From a bacterium (lineage in GTDB: Bacteria > UBA8248): a stretch of 64,000 nucleotides of DNA. The stretch's first letter is position 1; each line of letters opens with the position of its first letter. Below, piece after piece: positions 1 through 10,031 of the stretch. The stretch lies in assembly GCA_965207065.1 (NCBI GenBank), contig OZ242260.1:3584001-3648000 (forward strand). Direction: 5' to 3'. The position numbers and the translations under genes are program-made. The notes beneath the pieces are model-generated. The model did no database searches, was not told where the DNA came from, and was given only the letters and a program-made list of their open reading frames with translations.

Positions 1-1089
1 CAGATCAGCGCCCGCAAAGCGCGGAGTTCCACGCGCTATAAGATTCAAATCGACGGTTTCATCGAGCGGCACCTTCTCCGCATGCACTTTCAAAATCGCC
101 AATCGGCCTTTTATGTCGGGCAGGGAAACCACAATCTGGCGGTCAAAGCGACCTGGCCGTAGGAGAGCCGGGTCCAACACGTCCGGGCGGTTCGTCGCCG
201 CTATCAGGATGACCCCATCATTCGATTCAAAACCATCCATCTCGACAAGAAGTTGATTCAGCGTCTGCTCACGTTCATCGTGGCCGCCACCGAGTCCGGC
301 GCCCCTATGACGCCCGACAGCATCTATCTCATCAATGAATATGATGCACGGCGCATTCGCCTTGCCCTGTTCGAACAAATCCCGAACTCTCGACGCCCCG
401 ACCCCGACAAACATCTCCACAAAACTAGAGCCGCTTATCGAGAAAAACGGCACATCCGCTTCGCCCGCAATGGCCCGCGCCAGCAGGGTTTTACCCGTGC
501 CCGGTGGGCCAACCATCAGAACACCCTTGGGAATACGTGCGCCCAGGCGTGTGAACTTTTGCGGATCGCGGAGAAAATCAACGAGTTCTTCGAGTTCTTC
601 CTTGGCTTCCTCGATGCCGGCCACATCAGCGAACGTGATTTTTTTCTTCGCGGATTCGGGCATCATTCGTGCTTTGCTTTTACCAAACGACAGAGCTTTC
701 GAACCACCCATTTGCATCTGGCGCATGAAGAAAATCCAAACGCCCAGCATCACCAGCATGGGCAGCCAACTCAACAACATATTCATATACCAGGAATTTT
801 GTTCTACTGGCTGCGCCGTGATGCGAACACCTTTGGCCCTGAGGGTGTCGATCAATTTCGGGTCCTTGGGAGCGTGGGTATGGAAGGATCTACCGCTAAG
901 GTAGCGACCCCGGATGTTGTCACCCTGGACTACAACTTCGCTCACCTGTCCTTCAGACACCGCTTGCAAAAAATCGCTATAAACAACCGTTCTATCCGTC
1001 GAGCGTGGGCTATTGAAGGCCTGGAACAAACCCACCATTATCAAGCCGATAATCAGCCAAAGCGCCAAATTCTTGTAAAATTGATTCAA
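1..1089 (-). CDS. ftsH: ATP-dependent zinc metalloprotease FtsH (5' part; runs off window start)
   Basis: Manual minus-strand translation from TTG at 1089 gives [23 protein letters not shown], with [43 protein letters not shown] and [13 protein letters not shown] further on. The + strand ORF 253..1134 is its antisense shadow. Confidence 0.95.
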   Translation of the reverse strand, partial: MNQFYKNLALWLIIGLIMVGLFQAFNSPRSTDRTVVYSDFLQAVSEGQVSEVVVQGDNIRGRYLSGRSFHTHAPKDPKLIDTLRAKGVRITAQPVEQNSWYMNMLLSWLPMLVMLGVWIFFMRQMQMGGSKALSFGKSKARMMPESAKKKITFADVAGIEEAKEELEELVDFLRDPQKFTRLGARIPKGVLMVGPPGTGKTLLARAIAGEADVPFFSISGSSFVEMFVGVGASRVRDLFEQGKANAPCIIFIDEIDAVGRHRGAGLGGGHDEREQTLNQLLVEMDGFESNDGVILIAATNRPDVLDPALLRPGRFDRQIVVSLPDIKGRLAILKVHAEKVPLDETVDLNLIARGTPRFAGADL

Positions 1090-1186
1090 AATGCATTCCT
1101 TCTTATTACGGGTGAGTATATCTCTAAACCCTGAAAACACGTTATCAAGATTTTTCCCATCCGTCTACGAGTTAAACTTCAAATCA

Positions 1187-2671
1187 CTAAGCCAACGAAC
1201 TTAAGAACTTACTATCTTCATTCTCTAGCAACGCTTTAAGGGTAACACCCCTCTTTTCATCCCCATCAAGCCGAAATTCCGCTGAAACCTGGTGCCCTAT
1301 GATCCATGCCACCTTATCTCCTACGGTCAGGAGTGGTATCCGACTCCTGACGGGTCTCGGTACTTTTTGTTCTATGAAGTAATCCTTGAGTTTCTTCTCT
1401 TTTGTTCGTCCCAAAGAATGGAATCGATCTCCATCGCGCCGGGTCCGGATACAAGCATCCACCCCCAGCTTTTCCAGATCAAAACGCGCCTCCCATGCCC
1501 CTTTCGTATGATGCGTGAAATCGCATGAAGCCTCTATTTCTAAACATAGTGAATGATGGACCGTCTTTCCTGGAATCCGCAGCTTTTTCTCCTCATCCAG
1601 CTTAGAGTCAATATGGGAACAACCGAAAATTAGACGGTCATATTCCCTTCTCGCTTCCAAGCCACCCGGCAAACTCAACACTGCTGAGGGCTTATCCCCC
1701 ATTGCCAGGCCTTCCAGGTCTTCAATCCATTTTCGCAGAGCACGCCTGCGGGCGTGAGCAGGCGATTCGTCCCTGAGCATGTTCAGCACCGAGCGCCAAA
1801 GCTCGGCTCTAAGCGATTGAGAGAGTTCTTGCACTTCACGTAAAGGAAAAACAATGAGCTCCCCATTATCTTCACGGATGAATTTCGCACTCAAATCCTT
1901 GGACATTTCATTTATGAAAGAGACAAGCGGGGCCGATATCTCTGCACTCTTGGCGATTCCGCTGACAGCCGCATCGCCTATATGTTCTCTTACGACTGGC
2001 ATAATTTTTTTGCGTATCCGGTTTCTAAGGCGACTCTCGTCTGCATTCGTTTCATCCTCGACCCAAGAGATGCCCTGAGCCTCCAAATATTCCAAGATCT
2101 CCTTGCGCGACACATTCAGCAAAGGCCGGATGATGTCGAACCCGTCTTCTCCTTTCGACGATAATGGGGTCCGCCACTTCATGCCTGAAATCCCTCTCAC
2201 GCCTGCTCCTTCAAATAAACGCATGAGCACGGTTTCAGCTTGATCATCTATGTTGTGGGCCAACGCGAGTGTATCGGCGCCAATCTCCTTGGCGACCGTC
2301 AGAAAAGCCAAACGTCTCGATTCGCGAGCAGCTCCTTCGAGTCCCAATTGCGCTATTCGAGACACACGAACATGCTCGCAACGAAAATCGATGTTGAATC
2401 GCAAACAGATCTGCTCGGCATGCGCAGCATCTTTTTTTGAAAGATCTCCACGGAGCCCGTGTTCTACATGAACAGCACACAAGTGTTGAGATTTCGGCAG
2501 GGTCGACTTTAAGGATAACAATAGAGCCGTGGAATCCGCGCCACCGGAAAAACCGACCAGCAAAGGGGTAGACTTGGCCTTATAAACAGATTTTTTGAGA
2601 CCCTTTCTCACCTTGGCTTCAAATGCTTTTTTGATCTTCAAAATAGTGGTTGGCGAGGCATCCGATATCAC
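1187..2671 (-). CDS. tilS: tRNA(Ile)-lysidine synthetase
   Basis: PP-loop SGGADS, HVEHGLRG, AHNIDDQAETVLMRL, DETN..RNRIR and C-terminal KKLKDYFIEQKVPR; lies upstream of ftsH. Confidence 0.95.
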   Translation of the reverse strand: MISDASPTTILKIKKAFEAKVRKGLKKSVYKAKSTPLLVGFSGGADSTALLLSLKSTLPKSQHLCAVHVEHGLRGDLSKKDAAHAEQICLRFNIDFRCEHVRVSRIAQLGLEGAARESRRLAFLTVAKEIGADTLALAHNIDDQAETVLMRLFEGAGVRGISGMKWRTPLSSKGEDGFDIIRPLLNVSRKEILEYLEAQGISWVEDETNADESRLRNRIRKKIMPVVREHIGDAAVSGIAKSAEISAPLVSFINEMSKDLSAKFIREDNGELIVFPLREVQELSQSLRAELWRSVLNMLRDESPAHARRRALRKWIEDLEGLAMGDKPSAVLSLPGGLEARREYDRLIFGCSHIDSKLDEEKKLRIPGKTVHHSLCLEIEASCDFTHHTKGAWEARFDLEKLGVDACIRTRRDGDRFHSLGRTKEKKLKDYFIEQKVPRPVRSRIPLLTVGDKVAWIIGHQVSAEFRLDGDEKRGVTLKALLENEDSKFLSSLA

Positions 2672-2702
2672 CTGAAATATCCTCCCCTAAGCGGCGAGGA
2701 AA

Positions 2703-2779
2703 TGGTAGCGGCGGAGGGACTTGAACCCCCAACACTACGGATATGAGCCGTATGCTCTAACCGGTTGAGCTACGCCGCC
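2703..2779 (-). tRNA. tRNA-Met (CAT), elongator type
   Basis: Reverse complement GGCGGCGTAGCTCAACCGGTTAGAGCATACGGCTCATATCCGTAGTGTTGGGGGTTCAAGTCCCTCCGCCGCTACCA: 77-nt cloverleaf, CAT anticodon, encoded CCA. Confidence 0.95.
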
Positions 2780-2944
2780 AGAATGCACCCCGTCAGGGAG
2801 ACTGCTTGGGTCGGAAGATGGCGAAAATAAACATGGCCGAGAGAATATAGAAAAAAACCTGTATGCCAATGTCATCCATGCGAAAGCCTACCATCAAGCA
2901 TAAATACCCCAAAAAGAGCAATATCAGAATTTCGATTTCACGCC

Positions 2945-3136
2945 TCATTTGTCATTTGCTCCCTGTTCTAGGCCTTCGGACGAAGACGGCATTTCCTTCG
3001 ATTGCGTTTGCTGTAACCTCAAGTCCGGTGAAAATTCCGGACAAAAAATCGCCCCGTTCGGTTCATTGCGATACTTCAGGCGGCAACCCTCTCGCCAAGC
3101 GCAAACAGCGCACTCACGAACTCCCTGGTAGGCCAC
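2945..3136 (-). CDS. Small Cys-rich hypothetical protein (63 aa; CxxC-x5-C...C, possible metal-binding)
   Basis: GTG start after an AAGGAGA RBS; sequence MAYQGVRECAVCAWREGCRLKY...AIFCPEFSPDL. Confidence 0.7.
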   Translation of the reverse strand: MAYQGVRECAVCAWREGCRLKYRNEPNGAIFCPEFSPDLRLQQTQSKEMPSSSEGLEQGANDK

Positions 3137-3318
3137 GCTTGAATATCTCCTTCCAAAATTCCGCCTCACTATCAGGAGCAAAATATAAATGCCTGGAACC
3201 GAAAACGTCAAGTTTTCTATTTTTTTCGGCTTTCCCTTCCCATGAACCCCAGAGCCGAACAGCACTTCATAGAAAATCCAAAAACAGCTTCAAAACAAAA
3301 ACCTGAAAACCCTGTGAA

Positions 3319-5031
3319 TTACCTGACGGATTTCATTTCTTCGGAAACCAGATTTTCCAAAAAAGATACCGACTCGCTAATCGCTACAAGTTGTGTTTCT
3401 CCCGTCCTTCTCGATTTTATCTCGATTTTACCTTCCTTGAGCCCCCGGGGTCCGATGACCGCTTTGTAAGGGAACCCGATGAGATCGGCATCCTTGAATT
3501 TCACGCCCGGGCGCTCATCCCTGTCATCAAGCGCGACATCCAGCCCTGCGGCCTCGAGCGAGTCGTAGATGTGGTTACAAACCTTCATGGTTTCATCATC
3601 CACTCTCACCGGAATGATGTCCACATGATATGGAGCGATAGGAGTCGGCCAGATGATGCCGTCCTCATCATGGTTCTGCTCTATCGCCGCCGCGACTGTC
3701 CGGCCGACGCCAATGCCATAACAGCCCATGACGATAGTGTGCGTCTCACCATTCTCGTCCTGATAGGTAGCGTCCAGGGCATCAGAATACTTGCAACCCA
3801 GCTTGAAGACATGCCCCACTTCGATGCCGCGCCTGATGCTGAGCATCGCCTCGCAATTGGGACAGGCATCTCCTTCCTGTGCAACAGTGAGGTCTGCAAA
3901 TACGCCTGCGGTGAAGTCACGACCCTCCCGAGCGCCTGTGTAGTGATAGTTCGTTTGATTCGCCCCGATAATAAGCCCTTCGCTATTTTCAATGGCGTAA
4001 TCCGCCACAAGCCGAACATCCGACAAACCCACAGGGCCTGCAAAGCCCACCTCAGAGTTTGTAAGCTTCTCTACCGTCTCGGCGTCGGCAAGCTCGATAT
4101 CCACCGCATCAAGCGCATTTTTCAGTTTGATCTCATTTAATTCCCTGTGGCCTGGAATCATAGCGGCCACCGGCTCACCATCAGCGACATATAAAAGAGT
4201 TTTTAACATGCGATATGGAGGCAACGAAAAGAATTCCGAAACTTCTTCTATCGAATGAGCGCCAGGGGTATGAACTTTTTCAAGTTCGCCACCCTCATTC
4301 TCGGGCAACTTCAAAGATACCGGCGATTTTTCCACATTCGCTGCGTACCCACACGAATCACATACGGAGATTGCCTCCTCGCCAGTATCAGCCATTACCA
4401 TGAACTCGTGCGAAAAACTCCCACCGATGGCCCCTGAATCCGCCTCCACAGCACTGAACTTCAGACCACAACGTTGAAATATTCGGGTATAGGCTTGCAC
4501 CATTTCTTCATAACTATTTTCCGCGCCCGCCTCGTCTCTATCAAAGCTGTAGCCGTCCTTCATCGTAAACTCCCGTCCACGCATCACACCGAAACGGGGC
4601 CTGATCTCGTCTCTGAATTTCGTTTGAATCTGGTAGAGATTGAGCGGCAAGTCCCGATAGCTCCTGACCTCGCGCGCCACCAGATCGGTGATTACCTCCT
4701 CATGCGTGGGACCCAGACAAAAATCACGCCCATGGCGATCTTTCAAGCGGATCAATTCTTTGCCATATACTTCCCATCGTCCAGTTTTTTGCCAAAGCTC
4801 GGCGGGATTCAGCGTAGGCATAAAAACTTCTTGCGCACCTGCGCGATTCAACTCTTCACGCAGTATCTGTTCGACTTTGCGCTGCACGCGTACGCCGAGG
4901 GGCAAGAGCGTATATACGCCAGCCGCCAATCGGCGGATCATGCCTGAGCGCACCATAAGAGTATGGCTGACGACTTCCGCTTCGGCGGGCGCTTCTTTTA
5001 ATGTGGGCAAAAACCCTCGTGAGAATCTCAT
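3319..5031 (-). CDS. proS: Proline--tRNA ligase (with editing insertion domain)
   Basis: LGPTHEE, QTKFRDEIRPRFGVMRGREFTMKD, IEVGHVFKLG, MGCYGIG. Confidence 0.98.
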   Translation of the reverse strand: MRFSRGFLPTLKEAPAEAEVVSHTLMVRSGMIRRLAAGVYTLLPLGVRVQRKVEQILREELNRAGAQEVFMPTLNPAELWQKTGRWEVYGKELIRLKDRHGRDFCLGPTHEEVITDLVAREVRSYRDLPLNLYQIQTKFRDEIRPRFGVMRGREFTMKDGYSFDRDEAGAENSYEEMVQAYTRIFQRCGLKFSAVEADSGAIGGSFSHEFMVMADTGEEAISVCDSCGYAANVEKSPVSLKLPENEGGELEKVHTPGAHSIEEVSEFFSLPPYRMLKTLLYVADGEPVAAMIPGHRELNEIKLKNALDAVDIELADAETVEKLTNSEVGFAGPVGLSDVRLVADYAIENSEGLIIGANQTNYHYTGAREGRDFTAGVFADLTVAQEGDACPNCEAMLSIRRGIEVGHVFKLGCKYSDALDATYQDENGETHTIVMGCYGIGVGRTVAAAIEQNHDEDGIIWPTPIAPYHVDIIPVRVDDETMKVCNHIYDSLEAAGLDVALDDRDERPGVKFKDADLIGFPYKAVIGPRGLKEGKIEIKSRRTGETQLVAISESVSFLENLVSEEMKSVR

Positions 5032-5044
5032 CAATCAGATTTTC

Positions 5045-6295
5045 TTAGGAGTGAGTTACTTCAAATTGACCTTTTTCGTATTGCTCCGCAAGTTGCTCTA
5101 CGCGCTCAACCAAGTTTTTCTTGATGTCCTCATAGGATACCAGGCCTGACTTTTCGCCTTTCATGAAAATCAGAGCGCGCTTATGGCCGCCGGCCACACC
5201 GATGTCGGCATCTCTCGCCTCACCAGGACCGTTCACTTCACAACCCATGACGGCCACCGTGATGGGGGCATCGATATGGGCAAGTTCCTGCTCTACTTCC
5301 ATGGTGAGCTTATCCACGTCAATTTGAACACGTCCGCACGATGGACACGCGACAACATTCACGCCCTTTTGGCGTAATTTCAGGCTCTTCAGGATTTCGT
5401 AGCCCACACGCACTTCCTCCACCGGGTCCGCCGCCAAAGAAACGCGAATGGTGTCGCCAATGCCTTCCGAGAGCAGAATTCCCAGCCCGACAGCGCTTTT
5501 TATGCTGCCCGTCTGAAGGCTTCCACTTTCCGTGATTCCCAGGTGAAGAGGGTACTCGACGCGTTTCGACATCAATCGATAGGCCTTCACCGCCCTCGCG
5601 ACATCGGAAGCCTTTAGAGAGATTTTCGTATCATAAAAGTTGCGCTTCTCCAGCATGGCGACATGACGCAAGCCACTCTCAACCATCGCCTCAGGCGTTG
5701 CGCCGCCAAAGCGATCAAGCAGATGCTTTTCCAAAGAGCCGGCGTTCACGCCAACACGAATGGGCAAGCCGTGATCCTTCGCGGCAGCGACTACTTCGCT
5801 CACCCTTTCCTCCCCATTGATGTTGCCCGGGTTAATTCGCAAACAATCGATACCCGCATCCGCCGCCATCAGGGCATAGCGATGGTCGAAATGGATATCC
5901 GCAACCAAAGGCATCTCGGTTCGTTTTCTGATTTCATAGAGCGCGTTCGCCGACTTCTCGTCAGGAACGGCCAACCGCACAATCTCGCACCCGGCAGCTT
6001 CCAGCCGTTTGATTTGGTCTACGGTTGCTTCCACATCATGCGTGAAAGTGTTGCACATCGATTGCACTACGATGGGAGCACCACCGCCAATCTTGACGCC
6101 TCGTACTTCGAGTTGAGAACTTTTTCGCCGATTCAGCGGGAACAAAGACGGATCCGCGCAAGGCAACTCCTCGCCAGTTTCATCCGCACCAACCATCGGC
6201 AGGACAGTGTTGTTCTGCTCTTTGGGAGGCAAACCGATTCCTGCTATGGGTTTCGTGTAAAACACGTCGTCTGTAAATGGCTCAAACATTGCCAA
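5045..6295 (-). CDS. ispG: (E)-4-hydroxy-3-methylbut-2-enyl-diphosphate synthase
   Basis: VQSMCNT, ADIHF, RINPGN, RVGVNAGSL, CPSCGR, MGCEVNGPGE. Confidence 0.97.
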   Translation of the reverse strand: MAMFEPFTDDVFYTKPIAGIGLPPKEQNNTVLPMVGADETGEELPCADPSLFPLNRRKSSQLEVRGVKIGGGAPIVVQSMCNTFTHDVEATVDQIKRLEAAGCEIVRLAVPDEKSANALYEIRKRTEMPLVADIHFDHRYALMAADAGIDCLRINPGNINGEERVSEVVAAAKDHGLPIRVGVNAGSLEKHLLDRFGGATPEAMVESGLRHVAMLEKRNFYDTKISLKASDVARAVKAYRLMSKRVEYPLHLGITESGSLQTGSIKSAVGLGILLSEGIGDTIRVSLAADPVEEVRVGYEILKSLKLRQKGVNVVACPSCGRVQIDVDKLTMEVEQELAHIDAPITVAVMGCEVNGPGEARDADIGVAGGHKRALIFMKGEKSGLVSYEDIKKNLVERVEQLAEQYEKGQFEVTHS

Positions 6296-6299
6296 ATCC

Positions 6300-7496
6300 C
6301 TATTTGCCTTTGGTGCTCTGAGAAGATGGTTTTGTTACGTCCTTCATTTTCCCTACTTGCTTCTCTTTTTTCGTTATCGCTGCCGGTACACTACCAAAAA
6401 GATAGTACACGCTGTCCTTATAGGTGGCAAAGATCATTAAACCGATGAGCAGAACAGTACCCACTTGCATGGCCATCTCCCGGACCCTGAGACTAATAGG
6501 TCTGCCACGCAAGCTTTCAATAAGCAAGAAAAAAATATGGCCACCATCGAGAACCGGAATCGGCAGCAAGTTCAAAATCGCCAGATTGACGCTGAGCAAA
6601 ATCGTAAACATGACAAGATAGCGAAATCCGCGCTGCGCCTGCTCTGCGGCCACCACAGAAATACGAATCGGCCCGCCAATGTCCGCAGGAATGGTCTTCG
6701 TCAGCATCGAATACAACGTAATGACCGTTAAGCTGGCGATGCGATAGTTTTGCTCAAAACCCTTTCCCAAAGACTCAAAGAAGCCGAAACGCTCGGTATA
6801 GGTGCCTTGACCGATACTGATGCCGATTCGGCCGTAACCTAAATCTTTGCCCGTCGAACTCATCGATGTCGGAACAATGGGCGTTTCAAAGGATTTGCGA
6901 CCGCGTTCCACCGTCAACACGAGTTTTTGATCGGCATTTTTTCGAACTATTTCGACAAGCTCGGACCATCTTTGAATTCTCGTCCCATCAATGGCCACGA
7001 TGTGATCGCCGGTTTCAAGGTTCGCTTTTTGCGCAGGCGTATCGGGCAAAACACCGCCTACCCACGTGCCAGGCACTGGAATACCACCAAGGTGCAATCC
7101 CCAACTGAGGAGTATCGCCAGGATGACATTAAACAAGGGTCCCGCTGAAATGACAGCCAATCGGTGACTCACAGGACGTAAATAGAAAGATTTCTCCGGC
7201 TCATCCGGCACTTTGGGCGCATCTGGATTGTCAGCTTGCGCTTCCGGGTCTTCTCCTACAAGCTTTACATAGCCACCCAAAGGGATTAGGGAAACGCGAT
7301 ATTCCGTCTCTCCCCGCTGGAAACCCCAGATACGACGACCGAAGCCCAAGGAAAATGTGGAAACGCCGATTTTGAGCCATTTCGCGACGAGATGATGGCC
7401 CAATTCATGGATAAAAATGAGTAACCCCAGAACCAGCACAGCCCAGAAAATCGTCTGCCCAAACCCCATCACCCAGTTTATGATTTGCATCGCCAT
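6300..7496 (-). CDS. rseP: RIP metalloprotease RseP (M50 + PDZ)
   Basis: HELGH, AGPLFN, NLLPIPVLDGGH and a PDZ-like middle region. Confidence 0.95.
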   Translation of the reverse strand: MAMQIINWVMGFGQTIFWAVLVLGLLIFIHELGHHLVAKWLKIGVSTFSLGFGRRIWGFQRGETEYRVSLIPLGGYVKLVGEDPEAQADNPDAPKVPDEPEKSFYLRPVSHRLAVISAGPLFNVILAILLSWGLHLGGIPVPGTWVGGVLPDTPAQKANLETGDHIVAIDGTRIQRWSELVEIVRKNADQKLVLTVERGRKSFETPIVPTSMSSTGKDLGYGRIGISIGQGTYTERFGFFESLGKGFEQNYRIASLTVITLYSMLTKTIPADIGGPIRISVVAAEQAQRGFRYLVMFTILLSVNLAILNLLPIPVLDGGHIFFLLIESLRGRPISLRVREMAMQVGTVLLIGLMIFATYKDSVYYLFGSVPAAITKKEKQVGKMKDVTKPSSQSTKGK

Positions 7497-7510
7497 TCTC
7501 GAATGATTCC

Positions 7511-8245
7511 TTATTTTTTACTGGCCGCACCGGCCGGCATTTGTAGAACTTCGACATTTGGCGGCACGATAAACTGAAATTCCTCTTTTGCGATTTTGAC
7601 GTTTTCTTTGACATTTGAAAACCGCAGGTGACTTTTGTTGCCTATGTTATCAATATAAGCCAAAGCAAGGATTCTGAAATTCTCAGGTTCCACCTCGAGC
7701 CACATCCGGCGAAACGCAGCACCCGCAGACTTCGGCTCCAAGCGAATACGATGGGGTTGACCGGCTTTCCAGATTCCTCCGCTTCGTCTGGCAACTCCAA
7801 TCTCTTCCACTGTGACATGAAAATTCTTCTTCAAATTCCCCTTGCCGGACAAAAATAACAATGGGGTGGCGCCTAATCCACTCCCCCCGTTATCGGAGAC
7901 CATAACCTGCCTGAAACGCGCAGTATAGAGCCAAAACGTACGACCATCGGAAACCATAACCTGCTTTTCAGGCTTGACATACTCCATGCGCAGTTTGCCG
8001 GGTTTCATCCACAAGAGGCTTCCGCTCGACGTCGTCGTTCGCCCAAGAGATTTCAATTCATTTTTCTGCTCGAAAGAGGCTTGCAGAGAATCGAGCACGT
8101 CATATTTTTTCTGCAGCTCACTGATTATTTTCTCCGCCTTCAGACGCGATTCTTCCGCTAGAGACGTACCAAGAGCGTATCCTTGCATGAGCGCGATAAA
8201 CAAAAAAACAACTGCCAGTCTTAAGAAGAAATCTGATTTGCGCAA
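7511..8245 (-). CDS. lolA: Outer-membrane lipoprotein carrier LolA family protein
   Basis: Signal-peptide-like N-terminus, ASFEQ, KPGKLRMEY..PEKQVMVSDG.TFWLY and C-terminal FQFIVPPNVEV. TTG start at 8245 chosen from a GAGG RBS. Confidence 0.85.
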   Translation of the reverse strand: MRKSDFFLRLAVVFLFIALMQGYALGTSLAEESRLKAEKIISELQKKYDVLDSLQASFEQKNELKSLGRTTTSSGSLLWMKPGKLRMEYVKPEKQVMVSDGRTFWLYTARFRQVMVSDNGGSGLGATPLLFLSGKGNLKKNFHVTVEEIGVARRSGGIWKAGQPHRIRLEPKSAGAAFRRMWLEVEPENFRILALAYIDNIGNKSHLRFSNVKENVKIAKEEFQFIVPPNVEVLQMPAGAASKK

Positions 8246-8270
8246 AACTTTTGTAATCCTCTTTGAATGA

Positions 8271-8924
8271 TTACTCCGAAACAGGCGAGATGAAACCGCT
8301 ACCCTCCTGATGAGCGTTCCCTGAATACTGCACAACACCATCGACGCAGTGAACACTCCCCTCGGCGATGAGCCTTACCGCCAATGGGTATATTCTGTGT
8401 TCATAACCGAGAATTCTCTCCGAAAGGGTTACTTCATCATCATGAGGTAACACCGGTACGGCGGCTTGTAAAATGATCGGCCCCGTATCCACTCCTTCGT
8501 CCACAAAGTGGACCGTGCAGCCAGTCACTGTCACACCAGCATCTAAAGCTTTTTTTTGCGCATGCAGACCAGGGAAACTCGGTAGAAGCGAGGGATGAAT
8601 GTTGATGATTTTCCCTGGAAAGCGACTTACAAACTCCGGCGGTAAAATCCGCATAAAACCAGCACAACAGATTAGATCGATTTCGCAATTTTCGATCTCA
8701 TCTCCCATCTTCAGGTAAAACCCTTCCTCTTTGGGTGCGAGATGTCTATGTCGTAATCCAGCTATAGAGGCGCGCTCAAGGGCGTACGAATTCCTTTTGT
8801 CACTCAGTACCAATACGACTTCCGCCGGAAAATCCGATTTCTGCCCGGCATCAATGAGGGCTTGCAGGTTCGACCCACGCCCAGAGGCCAAAACACCCAC
8901 TCGTAATCGTGTCCTTGCATGCAC
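8271..8924 (-). CDS. purN: Phosphoribosylglycinamide formyltransferase
   Basis: LASGRGSNLQAL, INIHPSLLPSFPG, GCTVHFVDEGVDTGPII. Confidence 0.97.
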   Translation of the reverse strand: MHARTRLRVGVLASGRGSNLQALIDAGQKSDFPAEVVLVLSDKRNSYALERASIAGLRHRHLAPKEEGFYLKMGDEIENCEIDLICCAGFMRILPPEFVSRFPGKIINIHPSLLPSFPGLHAQKKALDAGVTVTGCTVHFVDEGVDTGPIILQAAVPVLPHDDEVTLSERILGYEHRIYPLAVRLIAEGSVHCVDGVVQYSGNAHQEGSGFISPVSE

Positions 8925-8927
8925 TAT

Positions 8928-9980
8928 TTATATGCCTTCAATGACGACGGAATGACCACCTTTGGGTTTTCTGACAACTTCGCCAACAACCGTGGGGCGT
9001 TCTCCTGCAGTTTTCAAACATTCGAGCACAGATTCAACTCGCTCCGACCTCACGAGAAAGACAAAACCCAAGCCCATGTTAAAAATGTGATACATCTCCG
9101 CGCTGTCAACCGGGCCAAACTCTTGAATCAATGAGAATATCTCAGGCATCACCCATTTTTCAGGATAAAATTTAGCCTGCAATTCATCCGGCATCACACG
9201 ATTTACATTTCCCGGAATTCCACCTCCCGTGATGTGCGCGATGCCACTAATCCCCTCATCTCTCCGAATGGAAAGAACCCCTTTCGTGTAAATTCTGGTC
9301 GGCTCCAATAATACATCTTCAATGGGAACGCCTAGCCTTTGCCCCGCCACATCCCGTGTTTCTTTTGATTCAAATATTTTACGTACCAAGGAATATCCGT
9401 TGCTATGAATTCCTGAAGAAGAAAGTGCGAGTATGGCATCGCCGGTCTTGACAGGTGTCCGATTGTCCAGGGTTTTGCGTTCAACCACCCCCACAGCGAA
9501 TCCAGCAACATCATACACGCCCGGCTCATACATGTTAGGCATCTCGGCGGTTTCGCCACCGAGGAGGGCGCATCCTGCCTCCCGGCATCCCAGTGCAATC
9601 CCGGATACGACTGCCTTCAAAACATGTTGATTGATCTTGCCTGTCGCAATGTAATCAAGAAAAAAAAGCGGTTCTGCTCCCATAGTCAGTATGTCGTTGA
9701 CGCACATGGCCACCAAGTCGACCCCGATGGAATCATGGCGCCCGAACTCTTGGGCCAAGAGTAATTTCGTGCCGACGCCGTCGGCGCCTGAAACAAGTAC
9801 AGGATCTTCATATTCCCCGCCCAGACGGAACAAACCCGCAAAATCCCCCGTCCCCTTCAGGATACGGTCACTTTGACCAACATGGGTGGATTTTACGATT
9901 TGGGCGATAGCCTGAACGAAACCCTCTCCCAACTCCACATCGACGCCCGCATCGCGGTATGTCAGACGGTCCTCATTCAA
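8928..9980 (-). CDS. purM: Phosphoribosylformylglycinamidine cyclo-ligase (AIR synthetase)
   Basis: TYRDAGVD, DGVGTKL, GGETAEMP, SSGIHSNGYSLVR, HITGGG. Confidence 0.97.
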   Translation of the reverse strand: MNEDRLTYRDAGVDVELGEGFVQAIAQIVKSTHVGQSDRILKGTGDFAGLFRLGGEYEDPVLVSGADGVGTKLLLAQEFGRHDSIGVDLVAMCVNDILTMGAEPLFFLDYIATGKINQHVLKAVVSGIALGCREAGCALLGGETAEMPNMYEPGVYDVAGFAVGVVERKTLDNRTPVKTGDAILALSSSGIHSNGYSLVRKIFESKETRDVAGQRLGVPIEDVLLEPTRIYTKGVLSIRRDEGISGIAHITGGGIPGNVNRVMPDELQAKFYPEKWVMPEIFSLIQEFGPVDSAEMYHIFNMGLGFVFLVRSERVESVLECLKTAGERPTVVGEVVRKPKGGHSVVIEGI

Positions 9981-10031
9981 TAGTGATGTTCCCTGATTTA
10001 ACAGGCGGAATCGAACGGAATGTACTCAAAA

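Noticed and set aside
19-21. FtsH TPGF motif reads TPRF
   Set aside because: A single substitution at the very edge of the window; it cannot be distinguished from a sequence error
253-1134. 293-aa + strand ORF
   Set aside because: Antisense shadow of ftsH, whose motifs are clear on the minus strand
2703-2779. tRNA-Ile2 (TilS substrate) assignment
   Set aside because: The acceptor stem lacks the C4-G69/C5-G68 pairs typical of Ile2 and resembles elongator tRNA-Met
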